NCBI GenBank assembly: GCA_943788615.1
Contig: CALSQY010000004.1
Location: forward strand, 561,790-625,789
Length of the DNA stretch: 64,000 nucleotides
Direction of reading: 5' to 3'
From: an uncultured Cyclobacteriaceae bacterium
GTDB lineage: Bacteria > Bacteroidota > Bacteroidia > Cytophagales > Cyclobacteriaceae
How positions within the stretch are numbered: position 1 is the stretch's first letter; every line of letters starts with the position of its first letter. A program made the translations under genes and the position numbers. Below, piece by piece: positions 30,546 through 40,342 of the stretch. A model generated the notes under the pieces. That model did no database searches and was not told the DNA's origin. It saw only the letters and a program-made list of their open reading frames with translations.

Positions 30546-32408
30546 TCAATTTAACTCAATAATCATAGCAGATAAAGGATCCAATTGAAGCGCTCTTGAA
30601 AAATCTACTATTTGATTTGAAATAATATCTACGCCTTGATCATCCGCTTGGATCATCTCGCCAAACCTAGAAAACTCTAGACCTTTGGCCGTTTTATTTT
30701 TGTTCAAAATAATCATGACCTTATCTTTTTCCGTAAATCTGAAAAATACATAAACTCCTTCTTTTGGATTATAATGCATCAATTCACCTTTATGAACCGC
30801 CTCGCTCCCTTTTCTCCAATTCAATATTTTCTTCATATACTGTTGGGCCTCCAACTGCTGAGCCGTCAAGCCAGCACCCGTGAATCCATTGACCTGATCT
30901 CCTTCCCAGCCTCCTGGGAAATCTGATCGAATCAATCCATGATCTTCACTTCCTGGATTACTCATTAAAATTTCTGTCCCATAATAAAACTGTGGAATAC
31001 CCCTGATGGTAGCATAATAGGCAATCCCTAATTTAAACAAATCAAAATTTTCATTGACTTGTGTGAAAAATCGACTCATATCGTGATTATCTGGAAATAC
31101 AACCAGATTGTCTGGATCTGGGTATATGAAATCCAAAGCCAGCATGGCATAGGCCTCTCTCCACATATTTCTCTCTTCATTTTCGTTTAAAGATTTGATG
31201 AAGGCTGCTTGCAAAGGAAAGTCCATGACACTAGGTAGGCAGGAAACATGACCCGTAGCATTTTCCTTACCTTTTTGCCAATGAGCGACAATAGCGGGCT
31301 GCGTATTCCACTCTTCCCCCACTACATTAAAGTTAGGATACTCATTCAATACACCACAAGACCATTCTTGTAAGTAGTCCATATCGGGATAGGGATACGT
31401 ATCCATCCTGATACCCATCAAATCAGCATATTCAATCCACCAAATGGCATTTTGGAGTAAATAAGTAGCCATGTATTGATTCCGCTGATTTAAATCCGGC
31501 ATAGTAGGAACAAACCATCCATCCACAAATTCTTTCAAATCAATATTAGATTTATGGGGGTCTTGTACAACGGGTTTGGTATGTGTTGTAATATGATAAG
31601 CTCCGTTTTTAAACTCTTCTTGATAATTTACCCAATCATCCATAGGAAAATCCTTCATCCACCAATGTTGCAAACCCGAATGATTGATGATCATATCCAT
31701 GATGATTCCCACACCTTTCTCCTTTGCTTGCTGGGAAAATGCCCTAAATTCTTCATTGTCTCCATAACGTAGATCTACCTTATAAAAATCAGTAGTTGAA
31801 TAGCCATGATAAGAATAATGTGCCATATTATTTTCCAAAATTGGATTGAGCCAAATTGCCGTAAATCCCATTTCATCAATATAGTCCAGATGATCCACCA
31901 TTCCCTTGACATCTCCACCATGACGTCCACCCTTGAGGCCACGATTTAATTTTTCTTTTAATTTAGGCATTTCATCATTGGATGGATTGCCGTTGGCAAA
32001 GCGATCGGGGGTAATGAGATACAATACGTCGCTTGAATTAAATCCTTGTCGAAGGGCTGAATTTTCTCTTCTCCCCCTTAATTCATAAGTATAGGATTGC
32101 ACGATCTTTTTACCTCTCCTAAATTCAATTTCAAAAGCACCCGGTACTACATCCTCAGTCAATTGAAGGTCTATGAATAAATAGTTTGAATTCTTAACCC
32201 TAGTGGTTTTAGTTAAAGACACGCCTGGATAATCAATTTGTGGACTTGACTCCGCAATATTTGTCCCGTAAATCATCAACTGAAGATGTTGATTGGTCAT
32301 CCCTGCCCACCAAAAAGGAGGTTCAACCTTACTCAGATCTTGAGCACTGCTCATTACGGTAGATAAAGCAAAAACAATAAGAAGCAAAATACTTCGTAAA
32401 TAAGTCAT
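30546..32408 (-). CDS. GH13 alpha-amylase family enzyme (cyclomaltodextrinase/neopullulanase-like), secreted
   Basis: GH13 regions GFTAIWLNPI, GIIMDMIINHSG, GIRMDTYPY, VGEEW, FPDNHDMSRF. N-terminal signal peptide. Confidence 0.85.
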   Translation of the reverse strand: MTYLRSILLLIVFALSTVMSSAQDLSKVEPPFWWAGMTNQHLQLMIYGTNIAESSPQIDYPGVSLTKTTRVKNSNYLFIDLQLTEDVVPGAFEIEFRRGKKIVQSYTYELRGRRENSALRQGFNSSDVLYLITPDRFANGNPSNDEMPKLKEKLNRGLKGGRHGGDVKGMVDHLDYIDEMGFTAIWLNPILENNMAHYSYHGYSTTDFYKVDLRYGDNEEFRAFSQQAKEKGVGIIMDMIINHSGLQHWWMKDFPMDDWVNYQEEFKNGAYHITTHTKPVVQDPHKSNIDLKEFVDGWFVPTMPDLNQRNQYMATYLLQNAIWWIEYADLMGIRMDTYPYPDMDYLQEWSCGVLNEYPNFNVVGEEWNTQPAIVAHWQKGKENATGHVSCLPSVMDFPLQAAFIKSLNENEERNMWREAYAMLALDFIYPDPDNLVVFPDNHDMSRFFTQVNENFDLFKLGIAYYATIRGIPQFYYGTEILMSNPGSEDHGLIRSDFPGGWEGDQVNGFTGAGLTAQQLEAQQYMKKILNWRKGSEAVHKGELMHYNPKEGVYVFFRFTEKDKVMIILNKNKTAKGLEFSRFGEMIQADDQGVDIISNQIVDFSRALQLDPLSAMIIELN

Positions 32409-32516
32409 ATAAATAAATTGGATAATTTAGAATAATAGTTAGGGATTCAAACCCTTAATCATTTAAATTTAGAATAAATTAATGCATTTATAATCCTATT
32501 TTTTCAAATTTATTAT

Positions 32517-32530
32517 CGTAATCGATTGCA
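32517..32530. promoter_or_regulatory. Candidate LacI-family operator between the divergent GH13 and LacI genes
   Basis: The reverse complement tgcaatcgattacg fits TGnAAnCGnTTnCA at 9 of 10 fixed positions. The core aatcgatt is a perfect palindrome. Confidence 0.5.
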
Positions 32531-32701
32531 TTATTATACATTTCGGGATGGACTGGTTAAAAGGTTGTTTTTTGATAGAAATCAGTTCTTTTAAATTTCT
32601 CCAGTATTACATATGTTTGATATCTCTTATTTTTTTGGAGTTATATTTTTAAAATAGTATATTAAGTGTCAAATGTCTAAACCATGTGGCAATAAATCTT
32701 A

Positions 32702-33721
32702 ATGAAACAAGCCGTAACCTTAAAAGATTTAGCTCGAGAATTGAACATTGCGACCAGTACGGTTTCACGCGCCCTTAAAGGCAATCCTGAAATCAGTGCC
32801 GTAACCACAGCTCGCGTACAAAAATTAGCGAAAGAACTTAATTATGAACCCAATGCCCTAGCCCTAAGTTTAAGACACAGCAAGACCAACACGATTGGCG
32901 TGATTTTACCAGAGCTGGTGCATTTTTTCTTTTCCACAGTCATCAGTGGCATCGAAGACATAGCTTATTCCAATGGTTATAATATTATCATTTGCCAATC
33001 CAATGAAAATATTGATCGTGAAATACTCGATACCAAAGCACTATTCAATCACAGGGTCGATGGTATCTTGGCCTGTGTGTCTAGAAACACCTCTGTCTAC
33101 GATCATTTTATCGCGATTCAAGACAAAGGTATACCTATTGTGTTTTTTGATCGTGATGTACCTATTGATGCCAGTAAAATCCTTTCAAACGATTTTGAAG
33201 GTGGCTACAATGCAACCAAACATTTAATTGAATCTGGAAAAATAAATTTAATCCATCTCTCGGGTCCAGAAGGACTGATGTTGAGCGAGCAGCGTACACG
33301 TGGTTTTATTCAAGCTCATCAGGATTTAGGTATTCCTTTTAATAAAGAAAAAATATTACGCTGTGGTGATGGAGATGCTCAAGAGAACTACAAAATCATC
33401 CAAAATACCCTGAAAAAAGGCATGAAATTTGACGGAATATTTGCTGTCAATGACATCGCTGCGGTAGGGGCTTTACAAGCTCTACAAGCAGCCCATATAT
33501 CCGTACCCCAAGAGGTGGCCATCGTCGGTTATTCTGATTGGCAATTTTCTTCTTTTATCTCACCTAGACTGACCACTATTAGGCAAAATGGAAATGAAAT
33601 GGGGAGAAAAGCTACCGAGTTATTATTGGAAGAAATTCATTCTAAAGATATATTTATAGAGCCGAAGTGTATTACTCTACCCACCAAAATAATCTTGAGA
33701 GAAACGACCTTAAATAAATAA
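32702..33721 (+). CDS. LacI-family transcriptional regulator
   Basis: N-terminal HTH TLKDLARELNIATSTVSRALKG plus a periplasmic-binding-protein-like sugar-binding core. Confidence 0.9.
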   Translation: MKQAVTLKDLARELNIATSTVSRALKGNPEISAVTTARVQKLAKELNYEPNALALSLRHSKTNTIGVILPELVHFFFSTVISGIEDIAYSNGYNIIICQSNENIDREILDTKALFNHRVDGILACVSRNTSVYDHFIAIQDKGIPIVFFDRDVPIDASKILSNDFEGGYNATKHLIESGKINLIHLSGPEGLMLSEQRTRGFIQAHQDLGIPFNKEKILRCGDGDAQENYKIIQNTLKKGMKFDGIFAVNDIAAVGALQALQAAHISVPQEVAIVGYSDWQFSSFISPRLTTIRQNGNEMGRKATELLLEEIHSKDIFIEPKCITLPTKIILRETTLNK

Positions 33722-33798
33722 GAAAATAATAATGAGCACCACCATTGTTTTTAAACAATGAAACCTTTCAACAACTAAAAAAAATCCTCGGACAAATA

Positions 33799-34350
33799 AT
33801 GCTTTCTATCTTCGTGAATATATATTTTCGCTTACTCATAATTGGATTTTTTTTTGGCTCTTGTACCCCTAGGGTTATACAATATCAAAATGTAAAGGCA
33901 GATTTCGCCAATTACCAAAGTTTCTTTGTTTTGAATTCTAAATCTGATCATCTCAGTGCTATTGAATCAGATGAGGTAAATAACCGCATTGAACCCTTTA
34001 TTATTGATGAAATGAGCCGAAGAGGCTACGTAATAGATGCAAACAATCCCGATGTAATCCTAAGATTTGAAATTATCTATGGTTCTGAAAAATCCAATAA
34101 TACAAACCAAGGGAATTTTAATATGATATATTACCCCAAAATCAATAATGAAATTGTAGGAGCCATACTGATTGAATTAGTAGATAACAATACCAAAAAG
34201 TTGATATGGCAATCAAGTATCGATGCCAATCAGACGATGAAAAAAAGAAAAGAAAAAGACCCATTGAAAAAAATAGTAATCCATCTTTTTAATACCTATT
34301 TATACCGAGCAGGTAATCCAATTCCAGACGAGCAATTAAAAATCAAATGA
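33799..34350 (+). CDS. DUF4136-like lipoprotein
   Basis: Lipobox FFGSCTP. ATG 33799 is preferred over the TTG at 33745. Its 3' end overlaps the NhaC start by 4 nt (ATGA). Confidence 0.5.
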   Translation: MLSIFVNIYFRLLIIGFFFGSCTPRVIQYQNVKADFANYQSFFVLNSKSDHLSAIESDEVNNRIEPFIIDEMSRRGYVIDANNPDVILRFEIIYGSEKSNNTNQGNFNMIYYPKINNEIVGAILIELVDNNTKKLIWQSSIDANQTMKKRKEKDPLKKIVIHLFNTYLYRAGNPIPDEQLKIK

Positions 34351-35762
34351 CCGACTACGGATTTTTATCTTTAATTCCACCCATTCTAGCCATATTTTTG
34401 GCGATAAGAACCAAGCAAGTAATTTTTTCCCTTCTACTGGGTATTACCATTGGCTGGATCATCATCAGTGAAGGCAATCTTTTTTTTGGACTTATTGCTA
34501 CAATTGAAGCCATCATTGATGTCTTTCGCAGTCAAGGGAATACGCGTACCGTCGTATTTACGCTTTTGATTGGGGCCTTGATTCAATTGATCAAATTCTC
34601 AGGGGGCGTAGATGGATTTATCGGCCTCATTCAAAACAAGCTAGAACAAACTAAAAACCCCAAAAGGAATATTCAACTGGCTGCAGGTCTTACTGGATTT
34701 CTAATATTTATTGAATCAAATATTTCAATTTTAGCGGTGGGTACGGCATTCAAACCCCTTTTCGATAAATATAATTTGGCCAAAGAAAAATTGGCCTATT
34801 TGGCGGATAGTAGTTCGGCGCCGGCATGTATCTTATTTCCACTCAATGCGTGGGGTGCCTATATCATGGGCTTACTAATGGCTTATGAACATTTAGATCC
34901 ATTCAAGATGCTTGTGTATTCTATTCCTTTCAACTTTTATCCTATTCTTACCTTATTCTTCTTATTCTATTTGGCGTATACAGGAAAATCCTATGGCCCC
35001 ATGCGAGCATTTGAACAACATATCAAAGAGGACATAAAGGAAGAAAAAGCTGTTATTCCATCGGGCAATCCCCATTTAATGATTTGGCCACTAGCTGCAA
35101 TGGTTCTTTCCATGCCTTTCTTTTTGGTTTACACAGGTTGGAAAGATCCTTTTACAGGTGACTTGAGTGCTGCTATCTGGAGCAGTATTGGCAATGGCTC
35201 AGGAAGCAGTGCGGTTACTTATGCTATCGTATTTGCTTTGTTTACAGCGGCGCTTTTGATGGGAGTACAAAAAAAAATCACACTAGCAAACTTTTTTAGT
35301 GAATCCATAAAAGGCATGAATGACATGCTAGTTATGGCAATCTTAATGGTGCTGGCCTTTGCCTTAGGAGCCTTATGTAAAGAATTGGGAACAGGAATCT
35401 ATGTCGCTCAAGTCACCTCCTACTGGCTTTCACCAGGTATGGCTCCCTTTGTTCTTTTCATCACAAGTTGTTTCGTTGCCTTTTCAACAGGTACCTCTTG
35501 GGGTACTTTTGCCATCATGATCAGCATCGTCGTGCCTTTAATTGAAACCATGGGATTGCATCCCTATTTAAGCTTAGCCGCAGTTTTAGGTGGAGGTGTT
35601 TTTGGAGACCATTGTTCTCCTATATCTGATACGACGCTCATAGCTTCGGTAGCTACGAAAAGCAATCATATTGATCACATCAAAACACAATTGCCCTATG
35701 CTCTCTTCACAGGGGGCTTAGCAGGGCTTTTATACCTTATTGCAGGCTTTTTATTCACTTAA
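34347..35762 (+). CDS. NhaC-family Na+/H+ antiporter
   Basis: 471 aa with about 11-12 hydrophobic spans and NhaC-type blocks (GGVFGDHCSPISDTT). Confidence 0.75.
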   Translation: MTDYGFLSLIPPILAIFLAIRTKQVIFSLLLGITIGWIIISEGNLFFGLIATIEAIIDVFRSQGNTRTVVFTLLIGALIQLIKFSGGVDGFIGLIQNKLEQTKNPKRNIQLAAGLTGFLIFIESNISILAVGTAFKPLFDKYNLAKEKLAYLADSSSAPACILFPLNAWGAYIMGLLMAYEHLDPFKMLVYSIPFNFYPILTLFFLFYLAYTGKSYGPMRAFEQHIKEDIKEEKAVIPSGNPHLMIWPLAAMVLSMPFFLVYTGWKDPFTGDLSAAIWSSIGNGSGSSAVTYAIVFALFTAALLMGVQKKITLANFFSESIKGMNDMLVMAILMVLAFALGALCKELGTGIYVAQVTSYWLSPGMAPFVLFITSCFVAFSTGTSWGTFAIMISIVVPLIETMGLHPYLSLAAVLGGGVFGDHCSPISDTTLIASVATKSNHIDHIKTQLPYALFTGGLAGLLYLIAGFLFT

Positions 35763-36912
35763 AATCGTCACTAAAAATACTTGGGACTACTTCACGCAAA
35801 TTGTATTGACTTGCCATGACTTCTCCATAAGCACCTGCCGAACGAATGGCAAGCATATCCCCCCTTTTAGTTTCTGGCAATGAAAGGTCCCTCGCAAAAG
35901 CATCTGACGTTTCACATATGGGTCCAACAACATCATAAACAACCGACCCTTCTTGTGAAGAGAGATTTTCAATAAAATGAAAGGAGCGATATAAGGCCGG
36001 TCTGATCAATTCAGTCATACCTGCATCAAGAACCATAAAACTGGTCCGCTCAGCCGGTTTAATATACAAGACACGAGCAATCAAAGAGCCACATTGAGCG
36101 ACCAAAGATCTACCCAATTCAAAATGCAAGGTTTGATTTGGCAAGAGGGCTAAATTCTTCTTAAAACAGTCAAAGTACCCCTTAAAATCAGCAATGGAAT
36201 TTGCCTCAGGCTGATCATAATCGATGCCTAAACCCCCTCCAACATTGATATGAGGCAGTTCAAATGAATGATCAAGTAACAAACGTTGGACCTCATTGCA
36301 CCGATCTACAAGTTCTTTAAATCTTGAAAGATCCATTATTTGAGAACCTATATGAAAATGAATGCCTATAAATTCGGTATGTTCCAAAGATTTTATCAAA
36401 GGAATGGCTAAGTTGAGCTCTTCTAAAGTGATTCCGAATTTGTTGTCACGCTTGCCTGTCGTAATGTACTCATGGGTATTTGCATCCACATTTGGATTAA
36501 TTCTCAAAGCATATCGAGTTTTTTTACCCGAAACGCCAGATAACTGATCCAATACTTTCAACTCTTGCAATGATTCAACATTAAAAGCGAAAATATCGTG
36601 TTCTAATCCTAATTTAATTTCTTTGTCTGTCTTACCCACTCCAGCAAATAAGATATTTCTAGGATCAAAACCCATCTCAACCGCTCTATTGACCTCATTT
36701 CCACTCACACAATCAGCCCCCAACCCAAACTTCAGCACTTCCTTAAGAATACGTCGATTAGAATTTGCCTTGAAAGCATAATGAATCTGGTAGGGTCCAT
36801 TGCCTAAACCTTTCTGAGCCGTTTTGATGGTCTTTTGAAGGAGGTCTGTATCATAATAATAAAATGGCGTTTCAATAGATCGAAAATGATCTGAATTAGT
36901 ATAAATTGACAT
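35755..36912 (-). CDS. lysA: Diaminopimelate decarboxylase
   Basis: PLP-lysine context YAFKAN, then GGGLGIDY and the C-terminal ICETSD..GAYG blocks. The ATG at 36912-36910 overlaps the stop of the upstream TPR gene (TAATG). Confidence 0.9.
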   Translation of the reverse strand: MSIYTNSDHFRSIETPFYYYDTDLLQKTIKTAQKGLGNGPYQIHYAFKANSNRRILKEVLKFGLGADCVSGNEVNRAVEMGFDPRNILFAGVGKTDKEIKLGLEHDIFAFNVESLQELKVLDQLSGVSGKKTRYALRINPNVDANTHEYITTGKRDNKFGITLEELNLAIPLIKSLEHTEFIGIHFHIGSQIMDLSRFKELVDRCNEVQRLLLDHSFELPHINVGGGLGIDYDQPEANSIADFKGYFDCFKKNLALLPNQTLHFELGRSLVAQCGSLIARVLYIKPAERTSFMVLDAGMTELIRPALYRSFHFIENLSSQEGSVVYDVVGPICETSDAFARDLSLPETKRGDMLAIRSAGAYGEVMASQYNLREVVPSIFSDDFK

Positions 36913-37496
36913 TAGCTGCAATATTTTTTCTTAGCAATAGATGAACCCTCGACATTGAGACGTTCTGCATGACTAAAATCTTCACAGGCCGATTCAACCT
37001 TCCTCAAAGAGATTTTTAAAGCTCCACGATAATAAAAGGCATCCCCGTAATCAGGATTTAACTTAATGGCATTTCCATAAGACTTGAGTGCATCGTCGAA
37101 ATAACCCATTTGATGTGCTCCTTTGGCAAGCCAGAAATGAGATTGTGCAAAATCAGGGCCCCACTTGACGGCTTTTTGAGCTGCCAATACAGCTTGCTCA
37201 AAATCTCCTGACTCATATTTGACCTTAGCTATACTGGTTTGTGCTTTAATGTTTTTCTTGTCTAATTCTAGTATTTTTTGAAAATCATTCAAGGCATTTT
37301 CATATTTGCCTATTTCCTCAAAACTCCTACCCCTATTATATAGTAGAGCTACAGTAGGTCCGTGTCCAGACAAATAATTAGAATAAGAAACAATCGCCTC
37401 ATCATAGGCCCCTTGCTCAAAATAATCATCTGCAACTTGTGTGTGCCCTGCACAACTCCAAACGGCGAATATCAGAAAAAAATTAAAATATTTCAT
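36912..37496 (-). CDS. TPR-repeat lipoprotein
   Basis: Signal peptide with Cys (VWSCAG). About four 34-residue TPR units (AxxxYxxAIxLxP pattern). Confidence 0.7.
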   Translation of the reverse strand: MKYFNFFLIFAVWSCAGHTQVADDYFEQGAYDEAIVSYSNYLSGHGPTVALLYNRGRSFEEIGKYENALNDFQKILELDKKNIKAQTSIAKVKYESGDFEQAVLAAQKAVKWGPDFAQSHFWLAKGAHQMGYFDDALKSYGNAIKLNPDYGDAFYYRGALKISLRKVESACEDFSHAERLNVEGSSIAKKKYCS

Positions 37497-37527
37497 ATCT
37501 TAAGTCTCACTTGTTAAATATTAAAGA

Positions 37528-38325
37528 TTACTCATAATCTTTACTAAATTTAATGTTTTTATAATCTATTATGGTGCAAGTGGCATGTCCAAAAAACATT
37601 TGTGCTTCGATCTTAAGCGGCAGCTGATCTTTGTCTGCAGAAATCCAAGCGGTAATCGGGGACTCTCCCCTAAAAATATCATTGTCAGGCAGAATGGGCT
37701 GCACTTGATGTGCCATTCGTTTGCCAACCTTAGATTTTAGTAGTTTCTTACCCTTATAAATCAAACCGAAATCATAAAAGATCTCATCATAAAAGGCTTT
37801 GAACTTTATGGTATCACCTGACCTTAATTTATTGAAATCTATATTTCTCAACTTCAAGTAGCCACTCATCAAATCATTCATATCCCCCTCATAACCAAAA
37901 TACAGAGTAGATTTTTTCTTTTCTTTTCTAACCTTATCTACCTTAATTCGATGTGCCTTTTTATCAAAATAAACTTCATCTCGACGAGTATACCTCCCCT
38001 CCTCTATGTCTGAATAAGATGCCAAAGGCAGTAAATCTGACTTTTCTATGAAAGCCCCCCAAGTATCATCCACTCGGGTAAATAAACTCAGAAAACCCGC
38101 CGTTTGGCCTGATACCTCTACCTGATAACAGTCCTCATCATAAACCATCGTATCTAACACTTGTAGTGAAGCGAATCCTACTGTAAACCAACCATAATTC
38201 AAATTGAATTTTAATTGCTCTCCTGAGATAAAATTATGTTCAGATGACAATTTTTGAATTGCTGTCTGGGCGATACTATAAGTACCCATGAGTCCAAACA
38301 AAAGAATAATATGAATTCTAATCAA
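37528..38325 (-). CDS. DUF3108-like secreted protein
   Basis: Signal peptide. The GEQLKFNLNYGWFTVGFASLQV opening is typical of DUF3108. Confidence 0.55.
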   Translation of the reverse strand: MIRIHIILLFGLMGTYSIAQTAIQKLSSEHNFISGEQLKFNLNYGWFTVGFASLQVLDTMVYDEDCYQVEVSGQTAGFLSLFTRVDDTWGAFIEKSDLLPLASYSDIEEGRYTRRDEVYFDKKAHRIKVDKVRKEKKKSTLYFGYEGDMNDLMSGYLKLRNIDFNKLRSGDTIKFKAFYDEIFYDFGLIYKGKKLLKSKVGKRMAHQVQPILPDNDIFRGESPITAWISADKDQLPLKIEAQMFFGHATCTIIDYKNIKFSKDYE

Positions 38326-38379
38326 CCTAAATAAATATTAACATCCCAATCAAAAGCCTATATCTCCTTCAAAGCTAAG

Positions 38380-39192
38380 TTAAACAGCAACGTTATTTTC
38401 TCTCAAGGCTGCGTTTAACGATGTTTTCTTGTCTGTACTTGCCTTTCTTTGTCCAATGATCATGGCGCAAGGTACATTAAATTCGCCTGCAGAGAATTGT
38501 TTTGTATAAGACCCCGGTATTACCACAGACCGCTCAGGTACATAGCCCTTGTGCTCCACAGGCTCACTCCCCGTCACATCGATGATCTTAGAGCTGGCAG
38601 TCAAAACCACATTGGCGCCAAGTACTGCCTCTTTACCTACCTTAATTCCTTCAACTACAATGCATCTAGAGCCAATAAAAGCATCATCTTCAATGATAAC
38701 AGGAGCCGCTTGCACAGGCTCTAAGACCCCTCCAATACCTACCCCTCCACTCAAGTGAACATTCTTACCTATTTGGGCGCAACTTCCTACTGTCGCCCAG
38801 GTATCTACCATGGTACCCTCATCTACATAGGCACCAATATTGACGTAAGAAGGCATTAAAATACAACCTTTACTAATGAATGATCCATATCTAGCTACTG
38901 CATGCGGCACGACACGTACTCCCAATAAATCATATCCCGATTTTAATTTTATTTTATCGTGAAATTGAAAGGGTCCCACTTCGATAAGTTGCATTTTCAT
39001 TAAAGGAAAATACAAGATCACGGCTTTCTTGAGCCACTCATTTACTTGCCATCCGCCATTTACGGGCTCCGCAATTCTTCTGCGTCCGATATCAAGATCA
39101 TCCACCACCGTTTTGATGGCAAGAATAACTTCTTTTTTGACAAGCATCGACCTATCGACCCAAGCGTTTTTTATTAGTTTCTCTAAATCCAT
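38380..39192 (-). CDS. dapD: 2,3,4,5-tetrahydropyridine-2,6-dicarboxylate N-succinyltransferase
   Basis: Left-handed beta-helix hexapeptide repeats (GAYVDEGTMVDTWATVGSCAQIGKNVHLSGGVGIGG). The DapD-type N-terminus starts at MDLEKLIKNAW. Confidence 0.85.
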   Translation of the reverse strand: MDLEKLIKNAWVDRSMLVKKEVILAIKTVVDDLDIGRRRIAEPVNGGWQVNEWLKKAVILYFPLMKMQLIEVGPFQFHDKIKLKSGYDLLGVRVVPHAVARYGSFISKGCILMPSYVNIGAYVDEGTMVDTWATVGSCAQIGKNVHLSGGVGIGGVLEPVQAAPVIIEDDAFIGSRCIVVEGIKVGKEAVLGANVVLTASSKIIDVTGSEPVEHKGYVPERSVVIPGSYTKQFSAGEFNVPCAMIIGQRKASTDKKTSLNAALRENNVAV

Positions 39193-39630
39193 AAACAGCA
39201 ATATTATTATTTTAACTTCTACATTTCACCATCTTTCATCTTAACCTTTAAAAAGTTAAAATAATTCTGTCACGAATCTAATCACCCTTTTTATTTAAGC
39301 AATGATTATATGAAACAATATAGATTAAATGTATGAAATTAATCATTAATGAAATTCATTTATTCAGTATTTTGAAAAAAAATGTAATCAAAACAAATTC
39401 AAAAATTCCTACTAAAATAGGAGCCTTATTAAATAAGTCATGCTTTTTTTACGCGCCTTAAACCTATGAAATGATATTCTTTCACGACTAGATTTAATAT
39501 CATTACCAGAATTATATCCATTCTTACACGCTTAAAATATTTTAATAAATATCATCTTTTACATTAAATTAATGTACTCATATCATTGAAAATAAAGTTA
39601 TTATAATTTTTAAATAAGTATATCTAAATT

Positions 39631-39654
39631 AATTTTTAGATTAGTCTAAAAATT
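39631..39654. promoter_or_regulatory. Perfect inverted repeat (10 + 4 + 10), candidate MntR/DtxR operator
   Basis: The sequence is aatttttaga ttag tctaaaaatt. It ends 17 nt upstream of the ATG at 39671. TTAG...CTAA symmetry resembles DtxR-family boxes. Confidence 0.55.
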
Positions 39655-39670
39655 TAATTAGCTTTGACTT

Positions 39671-40342
39671 ATGAAAAAGTCTCTTAGTCTTACTGAAGAA
39701 AATTACATTAAGGCTATTTTTCAAATAGGAACTACTCCGGAGTCCAATGTCTCTACCAATGCTTTGGCTGATAATTTACAAACAAAGCCTGCCACTGTAA
39801 GTGACATGATCAAAAAGCTTTCTCATAAAAAATTAATTTTTTATGAGAAATATAAGGGGGTTACTTTATCTGCATCAGGCTCAAAAGAGGCCTTAAAAAT
39901 TATAAGAAAGCATAGATTGTGGGAAGTATTTTTGGTGAATCATTTAAATTTTAAATGGGATCAAGTGCACGAAATTGCGGAACAATTGGAACACATAAAG
40001 TCTTCCGAATTGGTCAATCGATTGGATGACTTTCTTGGAAATCCAACCATCGATCCACACGGAGATCCTATACCTGATGCAAACGGTCAAGTTCAACTAG
40101 GTCCTTCGAAGTTATTATCCGAAATGACCTCTCATGAAAATGGAATCATAGTAGGTGTGAAAAATGAAGATCCCCTCCTCTTGCAGCATCTAGATAAAAT
40201 AAATGTCCGACTAGGGTTACACATTGAAGTAACAGAGGTCAATGATTTTGATCAATCCATACAGGTTAAATTGGCAGATTTAGGTACGATGTTTCTTTCC
40301 GAAAAAATTACTTCTCAAATATTAATTGCAAAAAATTTATGA
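39671..40342 (+). CDS. MntR/DtxR-family metal-dependent transcriptional regulator with C-terminal SH3/FeoA-like domain
   Basis: wHTH, then IIRKHRLWEVFL, HEIAEQLEH metal-ligand block and DPHGDPIP. 223 aa. Confidence 0.85.
   Translation: MKKSLSLTEENYIKAIFQIGTTPESNVSTNALADNLQTKPATVSDMIKKLSHKKLIFYEKYKGVTLSASGSKEALKIIRKHRLWEVFLVNHLNFKWDQVHEIAEQLEHIKSSELVNRLDDFLGNPTIDPHGDPIPDANGQVQLGPSKLLSEMTSHENGIIVGVKNEDPLLLQHLDKINVRLGLHIEVTEVNDFDQSIQVKLADLGTMFLSEKITSQILIAKNL

Noticed and set aside
39202-39630. The long (~470 nt) region upstream of dapD might hold a lysine riboswitch or another cis-regulatory RNA. It also contains small palindromes, such as tacattaa-a-ttaatgta at 39560-39576 and ttaatcattaa.
   Set aside because: The region is extremely AT-rich. 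It lacks the G/C-rich conserved helices of the L-box. Short AT palindromes are expected by chance at this composition.
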